Source of the DNA: Trichormus sp. ATA11-4-KO1
Lineage (GTDB): Bacteria; Cyanobacteriota; Cyanobacteriia; Cyanobacteriales; Nostocaceae
Assembly (NCBI GenBank): GCA_019358915.1
Contig: JAHHIM010000019.1
Location: 1 to 64,000, forward strand
Direction: 5' to 3'
Length of the DNA: 64,000 nucleotides
Position 1 is the first letter of the stretch. The number at the start of each line of letters is the position of its first letter. Under the pieces are notes generated by a model. The model had not been told where the DNA came from, ran no database searches, and saw only the letters and a list, made by a program, of their open reading frames with translations. Positions 53,346 to 63,508 of this stretch are shown here, in pieces. The position numbers and the translations under genes are program-made.

Positions 53346-53693
53346 ATGGCTCGCTATACCTGTTCATTTACTCTTGCTGTTCCTATTGGTCATCTCCAGC
53401 CATTACTTGTAGAACTTTTACAAGATTGTGATTTGGAGATTCAATATTACACAGCTGATTACATTATGGCGCGGGAAATTCCTGGTAATGTTTCTTTCTC
53501 CAAGTTGGTCAAAGTAGAAGCACTGATTGAGAGATCAAGTGCTACCGAAACGGAAACTCGGATGAGTATTGTGATGAAAAATGAGGAACTGCCACTACAA
53601 CTTGATAATCATTGCCGACAAATGTTTGAATTCATCAAACAGACGATTGAAGATTGTCGCCATTGGCATTTGATTGAAAGTTTTGCTAGTTGA
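53346..53693 (+). CDS. Hypothetical protein
   Basis: 115-aa ATG ORF with KNEELPL motif. Confidence 0.8.
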   Translation: MARYTCSFTLAVPIGHLQPLLVELLQDCDLEIQYYTADYIMAREIPGNVSFSKLVKVEALIERSSATETETRMSIVMKNEELPLQLDNHCRQMFEFIKQTIEDCRHWHLIESFAS

Positions 53694-53945
53694 TAGTTTC
53701 CACTCTGTAGCGGTTTTGCGTAAGTTATATCTGCTTGTAGTCTAAGTTTGAGCATAGCCCTACGGACATGGCCGCGCGCAAGCGATCGCGCCATGCACCG
53801 CAAAGTCAAAATGGTGCGTTATGATGTAACGTCTAACGCACGCCACTACAACTATGGGATAATTGTTTTTTTGGTATGTCGCCAAGCTACCTCTAGCCAA
53901 AAGCAAGCCAGTCAATAATCAAAACCTACCTGGGTGGGTATGTTT

Positions 53946-54452
53946 TCATTCTTCAATATCTTCATCTTCGGTCATGCCGGGATTGATGAGTGTAATATCA
54001 TACTCGCTGGCATCCGTTTGTCCAGATCGCTGAGTATTTTTTAATAGATAATAGATAGCACGTACCTGAGGGCCAAAAACGATCTCATCTTCATTTTTCA
54101 GGTCGTGAGCCGGCATCTTACGCCCGTTAATCATCAAACCGTTGGCACTAGACTTTCCTTTAGCATCACCATCTACAATCCGGTAATAATAGCTTTGACT
54201 GTTCTGCTCTCGTGGCAATCTCACTAATGTGGCATGGCGACGCGAGACAAACTGAGACACCAAGCGGATATTGCACTCGCGGTCTCTGCCAAGGGAGTAA
54301 ACGGGGTGTTCCAGAGAAAATTCTTTGCGACCTTGATCGTCTTCAAGTATTAGGAGATGACTTTCATGAGTTTCAGTTGCCATTGATACATCGTTGCCAC
54401 AATCGCTAGAAGTGTGATTAATTAAGATTTGTTTAGTATCGTTTCCTGCCAT
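53946..54452 (-). CDS. FHA domain protein
   Basis: GR, VSRRHA and SANG motifs. Confidence 0.93.
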   Translation of the reverse strand: MAGNDTKQILINHTSSDCGNDVSMATETHESHLLILEDDQGRKEFSLEHPVYSLGRDRECNIRLVSQFVSRRHATLVRLPREQNSQSYYYRIVDGDAKGKSSANGLMINGRKMPAHDLKNEDEIVFGPQVRAIYYLLKNTQRSGQTDASEYDITLINPGMTEDEDIEE

Positions 54453-54649
54453 TCTCGCGCACTACAGTCTGTGGTAATGAATTTGAGAAAAAATAAAATT
54501 GCGTATTTACTGGTAAGAGTAGAACATAGCTGTTCTACTCCGTGATTACCGTGGCTCCACAAGGAGTCTCAATAGCCTTTGTGAAGATGGGTAATACCTA
54601 ACTATCGATTTAGTTTAACCTGAGATGGCAATGTCTCCCATAGGAGTTT

Positions 54650-57139
54650 TTACAAACGATGAGCTAACCGCCGCAATAAAATTGAGTTAGTGACAACACT
54701 AACAGAACTAAAAGCCATTAATGCAGCAGCCCCAGATGGGCTAAGGACAAAACCTACGCTAGGTAACAAAACACCTGCTGCTAAAGGAATGCCGATTGTA
54801 TTGTATGCAAAAGCCCAAAATAAATTTTGGCGAATTTTGTTGAAGGTAGCCCGACTCAGTTGAATTGATGCCACAACGTCATGTAAGCGATCGCGCATCA
54901 AAACAATTTCGGCTGTTTCCATTGCTACATCTGTCCCGGAATATAGAGCAATGCCGACATCTGCCTGTGATAAAGCTGGAGCATCATTGATGCCATCCCC
55001 AACCATGGCCACAACTTTTCTGAGTGCTGAGTGCGCTTGTCCTGAGCGAAGTCGAAGGGGAGTGCTGAGTGCTGAGTAAGGAATTCTGATATCTCCCGTT
55101 TCCCGTTGTCCCGTTGTCCCCTCCATTTGGAGAGATTTGATCACATCGGCTTTTTTTGCTGGGAGAACACCTGCGATCGCATCAGTGCTATCTAGTCCTA
55201 GTTGTTTAGCTATAGCACTAGCTGCTTCTAATCTATCGCCACTGAGCAGCATGACCCGTAAACCCATCTGACGTAACTTGTCCACTGTGGCTTGAGCATC
55301 GGGTCTGAGGGGATCTTGCACAGCAATTAGTCCGGCTAAAGTTCCCCCAACGGCTACGCCAACAACTGTTTTACCTTCTACTGCTAGTTTCTGGGCTACT
55401 TGTTGTGCGGCTGCACTTAGAGCAATGCCGTGTCTACTCAACCAATCCCAATTCCCCAACAACACAGATGTTCCCTCGATGATCGCAGATACACCAAGTC
55501 CGGGTTCCGTGTGAAAGTCCACAGCATCAGGAATAAATAGCTGTTGCTCTTTAGCTGCTTGCTGAATCGCTTTGGCTAGGGGATGGTAAGTGCCGCTTTC
55601 TACGGCGGCGGCGAGTTGGAGTAGGGAGTAGGGTTCGCCATTACCTAATTCTGCAATCGTTAAACAATCGGTAACTGTGGGATTACCTGTAGTCAGTGTG
55701 CCTGTTTTGTCAAATACAACTGTGTCTAGCTGGTTTACTCTCTCCAATACGTCACCACCTTTGATCAATAGACCTTTTTCTGCGCCTATGCCAGTTCCTA
55801 CGAGAATTGCGGTGGGTGTGGCCAGTCCCAACGCACAAGGACAAGCGACAACCATCACGGCGATCGCTAATTTTAAGCTGGTGAGGAGTGGTGAGTGGTG
55901 AGTAGGGAGTGGGGAGTAGTGAGCCATTTCCATGCCACTTGAGATAGTGACATCAGTCCAGAGATGAGTGCCAAAAAAGTACCAGAAAACGAATGTCAAC
56001 ACCGAGGCTGTCAACACACCGTAAGTAAAGTAACCGGCTACTGTATCAGCTAATTTTTGGACTGGGGCTTTCCGGGTTTGGGCCGTTTCTACTAAGGCAA
56101 CGATGTGAGCCAACGTTGTATCACTGCCGGTACGCGTTGCTTGGATGGCGATCGCACCTGATTGGTTGAGGGTACCTGCGGCTACCATATCTCCTGGTTG
56201 CTTAATTATTGGCACTGCTTCCCCAGTGAGCATTGACTCATTCACTGTTGTCTGGCCAAAGCGAACTTCACCATCAACGGGGATTTTATCTCCAGGTAGC
56301 ACCTGCAACCATTCACCCACACGTACCTGTTCAGCAGGAATCTCGACAATATTTGACCCCAAGCCTAATTTTTCTACGTCTGGGTTGGGGATCAATCGCG
56401 CTACCTGTGGTTGGAGTGCTAGTAATTCTCTAAATGCAACTGCGGCTCGGCCTCTGGCTTGTTGCTCTAAAGTTCTACCCAGGATGATAAAACCTAGCAT
56501 CATCACTGGTTCGTCAAAGAAACACTCCCAACTCATTTGGGGAAACAGTAGTGCGACTAAACTTGCAGTGTAGGCTGTCAGCGCTCCCAATCCCACTAAG
56601 GTATTCATGTTAGGGGCATTTCGCCGCCAACCCCGCCAGCCATCGACTACAATCGGGCGACCGGGAATTAAGAGTGTCACTGTTGCTAGTCCACAATGAA
56701 ACCAAATGTTGTTCAATACTGGCAATACAGGCCCACCAATATTGCCAAAATGTCCAATTCCTGACAACACCAACAGCACCCCAGCAATGATTAACTGCTG
56801 GAGTGAAGAACGCATTTCTCGGCGTTGGCGTTCTCCTGGATCTGCTAGATGAGATTCACCAGTTAGTTGATTGTTAGCTTTGCGGGGCTGAGTTGGGAAT
56901 CCAGCTGTTGTCAATCGCTTTGCCAGTGCATCTGGATCTACCACACCAGTTTCCGACTCTACGACTGCTACTTCTGTAGCCAGATTCACACAGGCACTCT
57001 TGACTCCTGGATGTTGAGTTAGCTGTCGCTCTACAGCGCTTACACATCCAGCACATTTCATGCCCCCAACATCGAGGATAATTTTCTCTGAGGTAGGAGT
57101 TGGTTCCGGAGTAAGCTTGGTTTTCGGGGCAAGTTGCAT
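54650..57139 (-). CDS. Cu(I)-type P1B ATPase
   Basis: GMKCAGC HMA domain, TGE, CPCALGLATP, DKTGT, GDGIND, YN and MxxSS motifs. Confidence 0.96.
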   Translation of the reverse strand: MQLAPKTKLTPEPTPTSEKIILDVGGMKCAGCVSAVERQLTQHPGVKSACVNLATEVAVVESETGVVDPDALAKRLTTAGFPTQPRKANNQLTGESHLADPGERQRREMRSSLQQLIIAGVLLVLSGIGHFGNIGGPVLPVLNNIWFHCGLATVTLLIPGRPIVVDGWRGWRRNAPNMNTLVGLGALTAYTASLVALLFPQMSWECFFDEPVMMLGFIILGRTLEQQARGRAAVAFRELLALQPQVARLIPNPDVEKLGLGSNIVEIPAEQVRVGEWLQVLPGDKIPVDGEVRFGQTTVNESMLTGEAVPIIKQPGDMVAAGTLNQSGAIAIQATRTGSDTTLAHIVALVETAQTRKAPVQKLADTVAGYFTYGVLTASVLTFVFWYFFGTHLWTDVTISSGMEMAHYSPLPTHHSPLLTSLKLAIAVMVVACPCALGLATPTAILVGTGIGAEKGLLIKGGDVLERVNQLDTVVFDKTGTLTTGNPTVTDCLTIAELGNGEPYSLLQLAAAVESGTYHPLAKAIQQAAKEQQLFIPDAVDFHTEPGLGVSAIIEGTSVLLGNWDWLSRHGIALSAAAQQVAQKLAVEGKTVVGVAVGGTLAGLIAVQDPLRPDAQATVDKLRQMGLRVMLLSGDRLEAASAIAKQLGLDSTDAIAGVLPAKKADVIKSLQMEGTTGQRETGDIRIPYSALSTPLRLRSGQAHSALRKVVAMVGDGINDAPALSQADVGIALYSGTDVAMETAEIVLMRDRLHDVVASIQLSRATFNKIRQNLFWAFAYNTIGIPLAAGVLLPSVGFVLSPSGAAALMAFSSVSVVTNSILLRRLAHRL
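55021..55077 (-). repeat. Repeat unit inserted in-frame in the Cu ATPase
   Basis: Reverse complement contains CAGCACTCCCCTTCGACTTCGCTCAGGACAAGCGCACTCAGCAC, identical to 2283-2326. Confidence 0.9.
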
Positions 57140-57511
57140 GACAAGTGTTAGATTCGCTATGAAAATTCAACGCCTCTCTCAAAGCGTCTCTAATTCGAGC
57201 GTAGGCGAAATTCGGAATTATGACTGAATGTCATAGTATTAACTTTATTAAATTATGGCACTTTGCTGAATCTCAACTTTGGTTCCAGCGTAGGTAAGTC
57301 ATGTAGATCACAGATCCCAACTGGACTGGCATGATGGCAATTAGGCTTTTCAAAAAATAATTCATGTCTAAACTAGACATAACGCTGAAGTAGCCCATAC
57401 CTACCAGTATTAGCATCGCCCATGTGAGATATTTACGTTTGATGTTTAGCATATTAGTTGAAATAAATTACAAGTATGCACCCAGGACTTATAGTTGAAA
57501 ATTCAGAAGTT

Positions 57512-57787
57512 TTAGAACCAGCCTTGCTTATTCACAAGGTAAGTATCTACAAATTCTTCTGGGGACTTGTTCAGGTAAATCATGCCTTCAATCAAACCTA
57601 CAAGCTGCATGATTAACAAACTCACACCGTAGGTAAAGGAACCTCCAATTAAGGAGATAACCAGCATAATGAAGCCTTCTGGGGCATATCCGAGAATAAA
57701 CTTATGAACACCAAACCCTCCGAAAATAATCCCGCAATAACCAGCTAAAAGCTGTTTAGTAGGTTGACTAGGATTGAGATTTGCCAT
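57512..57787 (-). CDS. TM2 domain membrane protein
   Basis: GGFGVHKFILG...IEGMIYL. GGAG Shine-Dalgarno upstream. Confidence 0.9.
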   Translation of the reverse strand: MANLNPSQPTKQLLAGYCGIIFGGFGVHKFILGYAPEGFIMLVISLIGGSFTYGVSLLIMQLVGLIEGMIYLNKSPEEFVDTYLVNKQGWF

Positions 57788-58459
57788 ATGATTGCTGCTC
57801 CGGGAAAAGTGAGTATAAAATTAAGATTTTAATTTTAAAAAAACTAGAAAATATATTTAATTGGTAAATATATGTTTAATTTTTTGTAAGTAACATTACG
57901 CATTTATCATTAATCGACAAAGTTCGTGTGCCAATATTTGAAATGGAACACTGACAACATTGCCTGAAAATATTGTTCTATTCGCTAATTGTTAGTTACT
58001 TTGAATACAAGACTCTGGGTAGTACTTGTACAGGTTTTCAACCAAGGATTTCTCTAGTATCAAAATTGCTGTACCATATTTATCTTTCTCCAAGTCCATT
58101 AGTTTTAATTCCGGACTAGGAGAAAGTTAGATACTAATGGGCAGGATACTTTGTAATTGCAGTACCTGTATTAGTCGTAAAAGGCATTTTCCCATCAACC
58201 AGGAAACAACCTTGTTACGACTTTAGTTGACCGCAGTAATTTATCAGCCGGCGTTGGTTACTGCTTACCATTCCTATAAGTAAACCGATGTTTGCAATCC
58301 CATAATTTTGACCGCAAACAGCCGAGGAAAGCAATCAACATCTCAACAATGGCTGAATTAATCTAGATAATACAAAGTATTTATCTAACTATTTTGTAAT
58401 CTACTTAACAATATTGCGGGAATTATATTTGCTATTAGCATATTTGTGCTTAAGGTAGC

Positions 58460-58485
58460 ATTAATGCTTATTAATAAGCATTAAT
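58460..58485. promoter_or_regulatory. Perfect 26-bp palindrome
   Basis: ATTAATGCTTATTAATAAGCATTAAT equals its own reverse complement. Confidence 0.6.
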
Positions 58486-58553
58486 AAATTAGCATTATAT
58501 ATGCAGATGAAAGCAAATATTCTTCTGATTTACAACCGTGTCGACTTGTTTTA

Positions 58554-60119
58554 TTAATTACCACTACCCAAGAGAAATAGACTCAGTAGAGTACCGCTAT
58601 TCCAAAGACTATGCAGAAGCATAGGAGCTAAGAGGTTACGCGATCGCGTGTAAACAATGCCTAAAACAATTCCCAAGGCTGTTAAGGGCAGAATTTCCGA
58701 TAAGCTCAGGTGAGCGATCGCAAACAACAAACTACTTAAAATAATTGCTCCCCACACAGGTACATAACGAGTCAGGGAGGGCAATAAAAAGCCCCGAAAC
58801 AGCAATTCTTCAAAAATAGGGGCAGCGATCGCAGCTGTAAAGAAAAACATGCCAAGTGCCACAGTGTCTTGACTTTCCAGCGCCAATTGCAATAAGGGAT
58901 TACTGCCACCTTGACCTTGCCATAGCTGTTGATTAATCAACGACACCACCACCACTATCGGTAAAGCAGTACAATAGCCCCCCAATCCCCATAACAACCA
59001 TCTATCTTGCAAACGAAAGCGAAACCAGTTTTCTGGTAGCGGAAAAAAGCGCTTGATAGATAAATAAAGCACCAACAATGCACCCGATGCCACCATTAGG
59101 TAACTAACCAAAACGGAGAAAGCTTGTAGTCGGACATTCACAATTGGTCGGGGAATGGGAAGTAACAACAACAAAAAGGGCACAAAGATTTGCCCCATAA
59201 AGAAAAAGCCGACAACAAAAACCTGTAAAATTGTCTCCACATCCCAGGGCGTTGACCAAGGTAAATCAGCATTTTGAGCTAATAAAGCCGCTTTCCCCTT
59301 GAGTAGACGCTGGGCAATTAAAAAAACCAGGACAATGATTCCCAGCAACGCTGCCACAGTCGGAATAGTGCCAATCAAAGCTAATTTCACCACAGCTTGG
59401 ATAGCAGCTTCTTGTTGTGCCGCTTTAACTGTTGATAGGGCTTCTTGGCGTTGCTGGAGTTTATATAGTTGCACTAAAGAAGTAGAGCGAAACCAACCAT
59501 CTAAATTTTGTTGAATCAGCTGTTGGGCATTAGGTAGTAACCGGGGGGGATCACTCCACATTCCACTTAACACAGCAGCCGTTTCCCGAAATTCCGGATT
59601 AATCTCTGGAGTCTGCTGTAATTCGCTCCAAGTTTTGATGGCTGTATCCGTTTTTCCTTGCTTTGCTTGTAAAATACCTAGTCGCAAGTCTAATTCAGCC
59701 AGTAACTTTTGTAGTTGCTTGAGGGACTTCTGTAACTGTTGCTGCTGTTGACCAGAAGTATTAGTTTCCAGAGGATTGTTAGGTAGAGGTTTAGGGGGTA
59801 CGGGAATAGTTTCCGATTGAGCAAGTTGCTTTTGAGCCTTGTCCCAGTTAGTTTTAACTAATTTACGCGCTTCTTGATACTGCTTTATGGCACTTTCTAA
59901 AGGTTGTTCACCCAGTATCGCTGCCTGAATCGCCTGTAAATTCTCGTCATTGCTATCTTCTGGTTGCCAAGCTTGGGCTTGCAGAGCAATATTGGTTTGG
60001 TATAGTTCCAAGCGACTTTGAAACTGAGGTTGTTGCCAACTACCAAACAAAGACGAAACTGATAACAGAACTGCTATCGGCGTCAGCACAAAAAATAAAA
60101 CTAACCGCTTAATTGACAT
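58554..60119 (-). CDS. CPBP (CAAX/Abi) intramembrane metalloprotease
   Basis: EELLFRG, FAIAH, HSLWN. Confidence 0.93.
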   Translation of the reverse strand: MSIKRLVLFFVLTPIAVLLSVSSLFGSWQQPQFQSRLELYQTNIALQAQAWQPEDSNDENLQAIQAAILGEQPLESAIKQYQEARKLVKTNWDKAQKQLAQSETIPVPPKPLPNNPLETNTSGQQQQQLQKSLKQLQKLLAELDLRLGILQAKQGKTDTAIKTWSELQQTPEINPEFRETAAVLSGMWSDPPRLLPNAQQLIQQNLDGWFRSTSLVQLYKLQQRQEALSTVKAAQQEAAIQAVVKLALIGTIPTVAALLGIIVLVFLIAQRLLKGKAALLAQNADLPWSTPWDVETILQVFVVGFFFMGQIFVPFLLLLLPIPRPIVNVRLQAFSVLVSYLMVASGALLVLYLSIKRFFPLPENWFRFRLQDRWLLWGLGGYCTALPIVVVVSLINQQLWQGQGGSNPLLQLALESQDTVALGMFFFTAAIAAPIFEELLFRGFLLPSLTRYVPVWGAIILSSLLFAIAHLSLSEILPLTALGIVLGIVYTRSRNLLAPMLLHSLWNSGTLLSLFLLGSGN

Positions 60120-60377
60120 CTATCCCCCTTTAACGAGCCACAGGGAAACATGTCCCCCTTGGAAATTATCGCAAGAAAAAGCCGGAGGTTGATAGATATG
60201 ATCAATATTATGAATATGCGTTGGCTGCTGGCGATCGCACCTAGGCTGAAGGCTGATAAATTAAATCTTGTGGGATCAGGCGATCGCCAATTGCCGCTCC
60301 AATTTCACTGATACAATAAAAAAGCCATATCTCACTGATATGAAATACCTGGTGCTGACCCCAAAATCCCGATTTTC

Positions 60378-61064
60378 ATGAGTAGCGATATCCAACTCAG
60401 CCTCTTCAATAACTCAAACTCGAACCAACGAGATTTGATTCCTACAGATGCCAAAATTGCCATTACACCTGGAACTTACTCCAACATGACCGAGTTGGCA
60501 CAGGATTGCAACCGATGCCACCGTTGCGGTTTGGGAGACAATCGTACCCATGCTGTAGTTGGACGCGGTAACCTCCAAGCACCAATTATGGTTGTCGGAG
60601 AAGCACCAGGTCAAACCGAAGACGAAACAGGCTTACCATTTGTGGGTAGGTCAGGGCAATTGCTAGAAAAAATCTTAGCATCTGTAAAACTAAGTACTGA
60701 AAATGATGTATATATCGCCAACATCAATAAGTGCCGTCCAGAAAATAACCGCGCGCCTACACCTAGCGAAATGACTGCTTGCACACCATATTTATTAGAG
60801 CAAATTCGCTTAGTTGACCCCAAAATTATTTTATTAACAGGTGCGACTGCGGTTAAAGGTCTAACTGGTGATAAGCGGGGAATTACTAAAATTCGTGGTC
60901 AGTGGATAGAGTGGGAAGGGCGTTTGTGTATGCCAATTTTTCATCCCTCTTACTTACTGCGTAACCCTTCTAAAGAACAAGGTGCGCCTAAATGGTTGAT
61001 GTGGCAAGATATCCAAGCAGTGCGTGCCAAGCTTGATGAAATCAGGAATTTACAAAGTTCCTAG
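60378..61064 (+). CDS. Uracil-DNA glycosylase family 4
   Basis: CHRC, GEAPG, PFVG, KCRP, HPSYLLR. Confidence 0.95.
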   Translation: MSSDIQLSLFNNSNSNQRDLIPTDAKIAITPGTYSNMTELAQDCNRCHRCGLGDNRTHAVVGRGNLQAPIMVVGEAPGQTEDETGLPFVGRSGQLLEKILASVKLSTENDVYIANINKCRPENNRAPTPSEMTACTPYLLEQIRLVDPKIILLTGATAVKGLTGDKRGITKIRGQWIEWEGRLCMPIFHPSYLLRNPSKEQGAPKWLMWQDIQAVRAKLDEIRNLQSS

Positions 61065-61088
61065 TCATCACAAATGAGCTAGGAGAAG

Positions 61089-61124
61089 TTGACATCTTGC
61101 CCGCACTAAAGTGACGGGGATTCC
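61089..61124 (+). mobile_element. Isolated IS200/IS605-type end hairpin
   Basis: TTGAC followed by ATCTTGCCCGCACT-AA-AGTGACGGGGAT, an imperfect hairpin resembling cyanobacterial IS605-group ends. No tnpA or tnpB nearby. Confidence 0.6.
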
Positions 61125-61127
61125 AGG

Positions 61128-61709
61128 CTATCTTGACTCAATTGTGACATTACGGAATTGAGCAGTCCGTACATTGTATCCTGGATTGTAAAATGTATAG
61201 CCAACTTCTAAAAGTGCCAATTTACTGAACTGTGCTGGTACTTCAAAGCTGATACTAGCCTTTAGGGGTACACCAGAAACGAGATTTGTTTGTGCCGATG
61301 CACCTTGTTTCTCACCTAACTGGATGCTCCGGGCTACAAATTCTTCCCCTGATACGTTAATTATCCTAGAGTTATTAGCATTAACCAGAAACAGTCCATC
61401 TCTGTCCCCACTTCTGTCTTCAATTTTGGTTATGAGCAGATTACACGTTACATTAGTGCCACTTCTCAAGCAATTCTGTAGCTGAAAACTGAAACCATTA
61501 GCTTCTATCCGAGATGCATCTTGTTTTGGGGTAGTTTTATCACTCCCCTGTGGCATTAACGCCCCACACACAATATTGCCAGCATCTGTCCGCACACAAG
61601 TTTGCTGTGCTAAGGCTAGATGACTGAAACTCAATACGAATATGCTGGCAAGAGAGCCACTGGACAGGATAGCGAACTTTTGTAACTTGAGAATACCAGA
61701 TATTTTCAT
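61128..61709 (-). CDS. Hypothetical secreted protein
   Basis: Signal peptide ending ALA-Q, two Cys pairs, beta-rich C-terminal domain. Confidence 0.75.
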   Translation of the reverse strand: MKISGILKLQKFAILSSGSLASIFVLSFSHLALAQQTCVRTDAGNIVCGALMPQGSDKTTPKQDASRIEANGFSFQLQNCLRSGTNVTCNLLITKIEDRSGDRDGLFLVNANNSRIINVSGEEFVARSIQLGEKQGASAQTNLVSGVPLKASISFEVPAQFSKLALLEVGYTFYNPGYNVRTAQFRNVTIESR

Positions 61710-61821
61710 AATGGAAGTTTGGATTAGCAACGCCTAATCTAAGTAACCCACTACGTAAATATACATGAATTTTCTTTGTAAGCAAATAGACACTAATCAA
61801 TACTGCCAAAAAAGTTAATAT

Positions 61822-61848
61822 GGTGCGTTGCAGGCACGACAACGCACC
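61822..61848. repeat. REP-like hairpin
   Basis: GGTGCGTTG-N9-CAACGCACC followed by CTAC. A related unit lies near 53813-53850. Confidence 0.7.
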
Positions 61849-61859
61849 CTACAAACAAG

Positions 61860-63386
61860 CTAAGTTGCTGATTCTGGGGATAATTCGGGTTTTTCTGGCT
61901 TGAGTAACGGAAAGGCGATCGCATCCCGAATACTGGCACAATCAGTCAATAACATCACTAACCTATCAATTCCAATCCCTAAACCGCCTGTAGGTGGCAT
62001 TCCATATTCCAAGGCTGTGAGAAAGTCTTCATCGACACCTTGGGCTTCCAAATCACCGGCTGCTTTCCGGGCGGCTTGCGCTTCTAAACGTTCTCTTTGG
62101 TCGATGGGATCTGTCAGTTCTGAGAAGCTGTTGGCAGTCTCTCGCCCCACTATAAATAACTCAAATCGCTCTACCAAACCAGGTTGAGAACGATGAGGTT
62201 TAGCTAGGGGTGAAATTTCTACTGGATAATCAATGACAAAGGTAGGTTGAATTAAGTTTTCTTCTACTTTTTGTTCAAAGGCTTCATTCAATAATTTGCC
62301 AATTGATAGCACATCTTCTATGCCGTGAATTCCAGCATTTTTACTGGCTACTTTCGCTGCTTCTAATGTTGGAAAAGCATGGAAATCTAAGCCTGTATAT
62401 TCTTTAACTAAACCGTGCATTGTTACCCGTCGCCAAGGTGGTGATAAATCTATAGATTCAGCTTGGTAGGTAATTTGTAGTGTGCCGAGAACTTCTTGGG
62501 CCACAGTGGTAATAATTCCCTCTGTTAGCGCCATCATGTCGTTGTAGTCAGCGTAGGCTTGGTAAACTTCAATTGAGGTAAATTCTGGATTATGCCGTGT
62601 GGAAACACCCTCATTGCGGAAAATCCGCCCTAACTCAAACACCTTTTCAAAACCACCCACAATCAACCGCTTGAGATGGAGTTCTGTCGCAATTCGCAGA
62701 TACAACTCCATTTCTAAGGTGTTGTGATAAGTCACAAACGGACGCGCGTCTGCACCGCCTGCCTCACTTTGCAAAACAGGCGTTTCAATTTCCAGAAAAT
62801 CCCGTTCTTCTAAATAGCGACGAATGCCGGCAGTAATTTGGGCGCGACGGCGGAAAGTTTGCCGCACTTCAGGATTGACAATCAAGTCAACGTAGCGTTG
62901 ACGATAGCGTTTAGCAACATCCGTCAACCCATGCCATTTGTCGGGTAGGGGCAACAGAGATTTTGTGAGGATGCTGTATTGTTTGACGTAGACAGATAAC
63001 TCGCCCTTTTCAGTCCGTTTAATAGTGCCTTTGGCTCCCAGAATATCACCTGCATCTGTAAGTTGTTTGAGGTGATTGAAGGCATCAGCATCAATATCTG
63101 CCATGCCTTCTTGGATGCGATTTTTTTCTAGATAAAGTTGAATAGTGCCAGTTTCATCTTGCAGAGTGAAGAAAGCTAACTTACCGAAAACCCGACGCGC
63201 CATAATGCGTCCAGCAATGGCAACATCTAAATCAACTTCTTCCCCACTGGGTAAATCGGCAAACTTTGCTTGTAATTGGGCTGTGTGATGGGTAGACTCC
63301 CAACGATAAGCATAGGGGTTAGATCCTAGCTGCTTGAGTTGGTTGACTTTTTCCAGCCTAGCGGCACGGATATCTTCTTCCGACAT
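61860..63386 (-). CDS. lysS: Lysine--tRNA ligase (class II)
   Basis: [29 protein letters not shown]. Confidence 0.98.
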   Translation of the reverse strand: MSEEDIRAARLEKVNQLKQLGSNPYAYRWESTHHTAQLQAKFADLPSGEEVDLDVAIAGRIMARRVFGKLAFFTLQDETGTIQLYLEKNRIQEGMADIDADAFNHLKQLTDAGDILGAKGTIKRTEKGELSVYVKQYSILTKSLLPLPDKWHGLTDVAKRYRQRYVDLIVNPEVRQTFRRRAQITAGIRRYLEERDFLEIETPVLQSEAGGADARPFVTYHNTLEMELYLRIATELHLKRLIVGGFEKVFELGRIFRNEGVSTRHNPEFTSIEVYQAYADYNDMMALTEGIITTVAQEVLGTLQITYQAESIDLSPPWRRVTMHGLVKEYTGLDFHAFPTLEAAKVASKNAGIHGIEDVLSIGKLLNEAFEQKVEENLIQPTFVIDYPVEISPLAKPHRSQPGLVERFELFIVGRETANSFSELTDPIDQRERLEAQAARKAAGDLEAQGVDEDFLTALEYGMPPTGGLGIGIDRLVMLLTDCASIRDAIAFPLLKPEKPELSPESAT

Positions 63387-63508
63387 GGTAACGAACTAAG
63401 TAGGGCAAGATTCATTATAGATGCTGGAAAAGTTGACAGTGACAGATATTTGCAATCACATGAATCACCCAAAAGTCGCCAAAATATATGGTGCTGGGAA
63501 TAAAACTT

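Noticed and set aside
58209..58223. A 16S rRNA gene fragment
   Set aside because: The match is limited to 15 nt and the flanks do not resemble 16S rRNA.
1137..62187. Numerous short ORFs antisense to or nested in long genes (e.g. 4072-4440, 17777-18178, 56145-56573)
   Set aside because: Shadow ORFs of well-supported genes, with no recognisable motifs.
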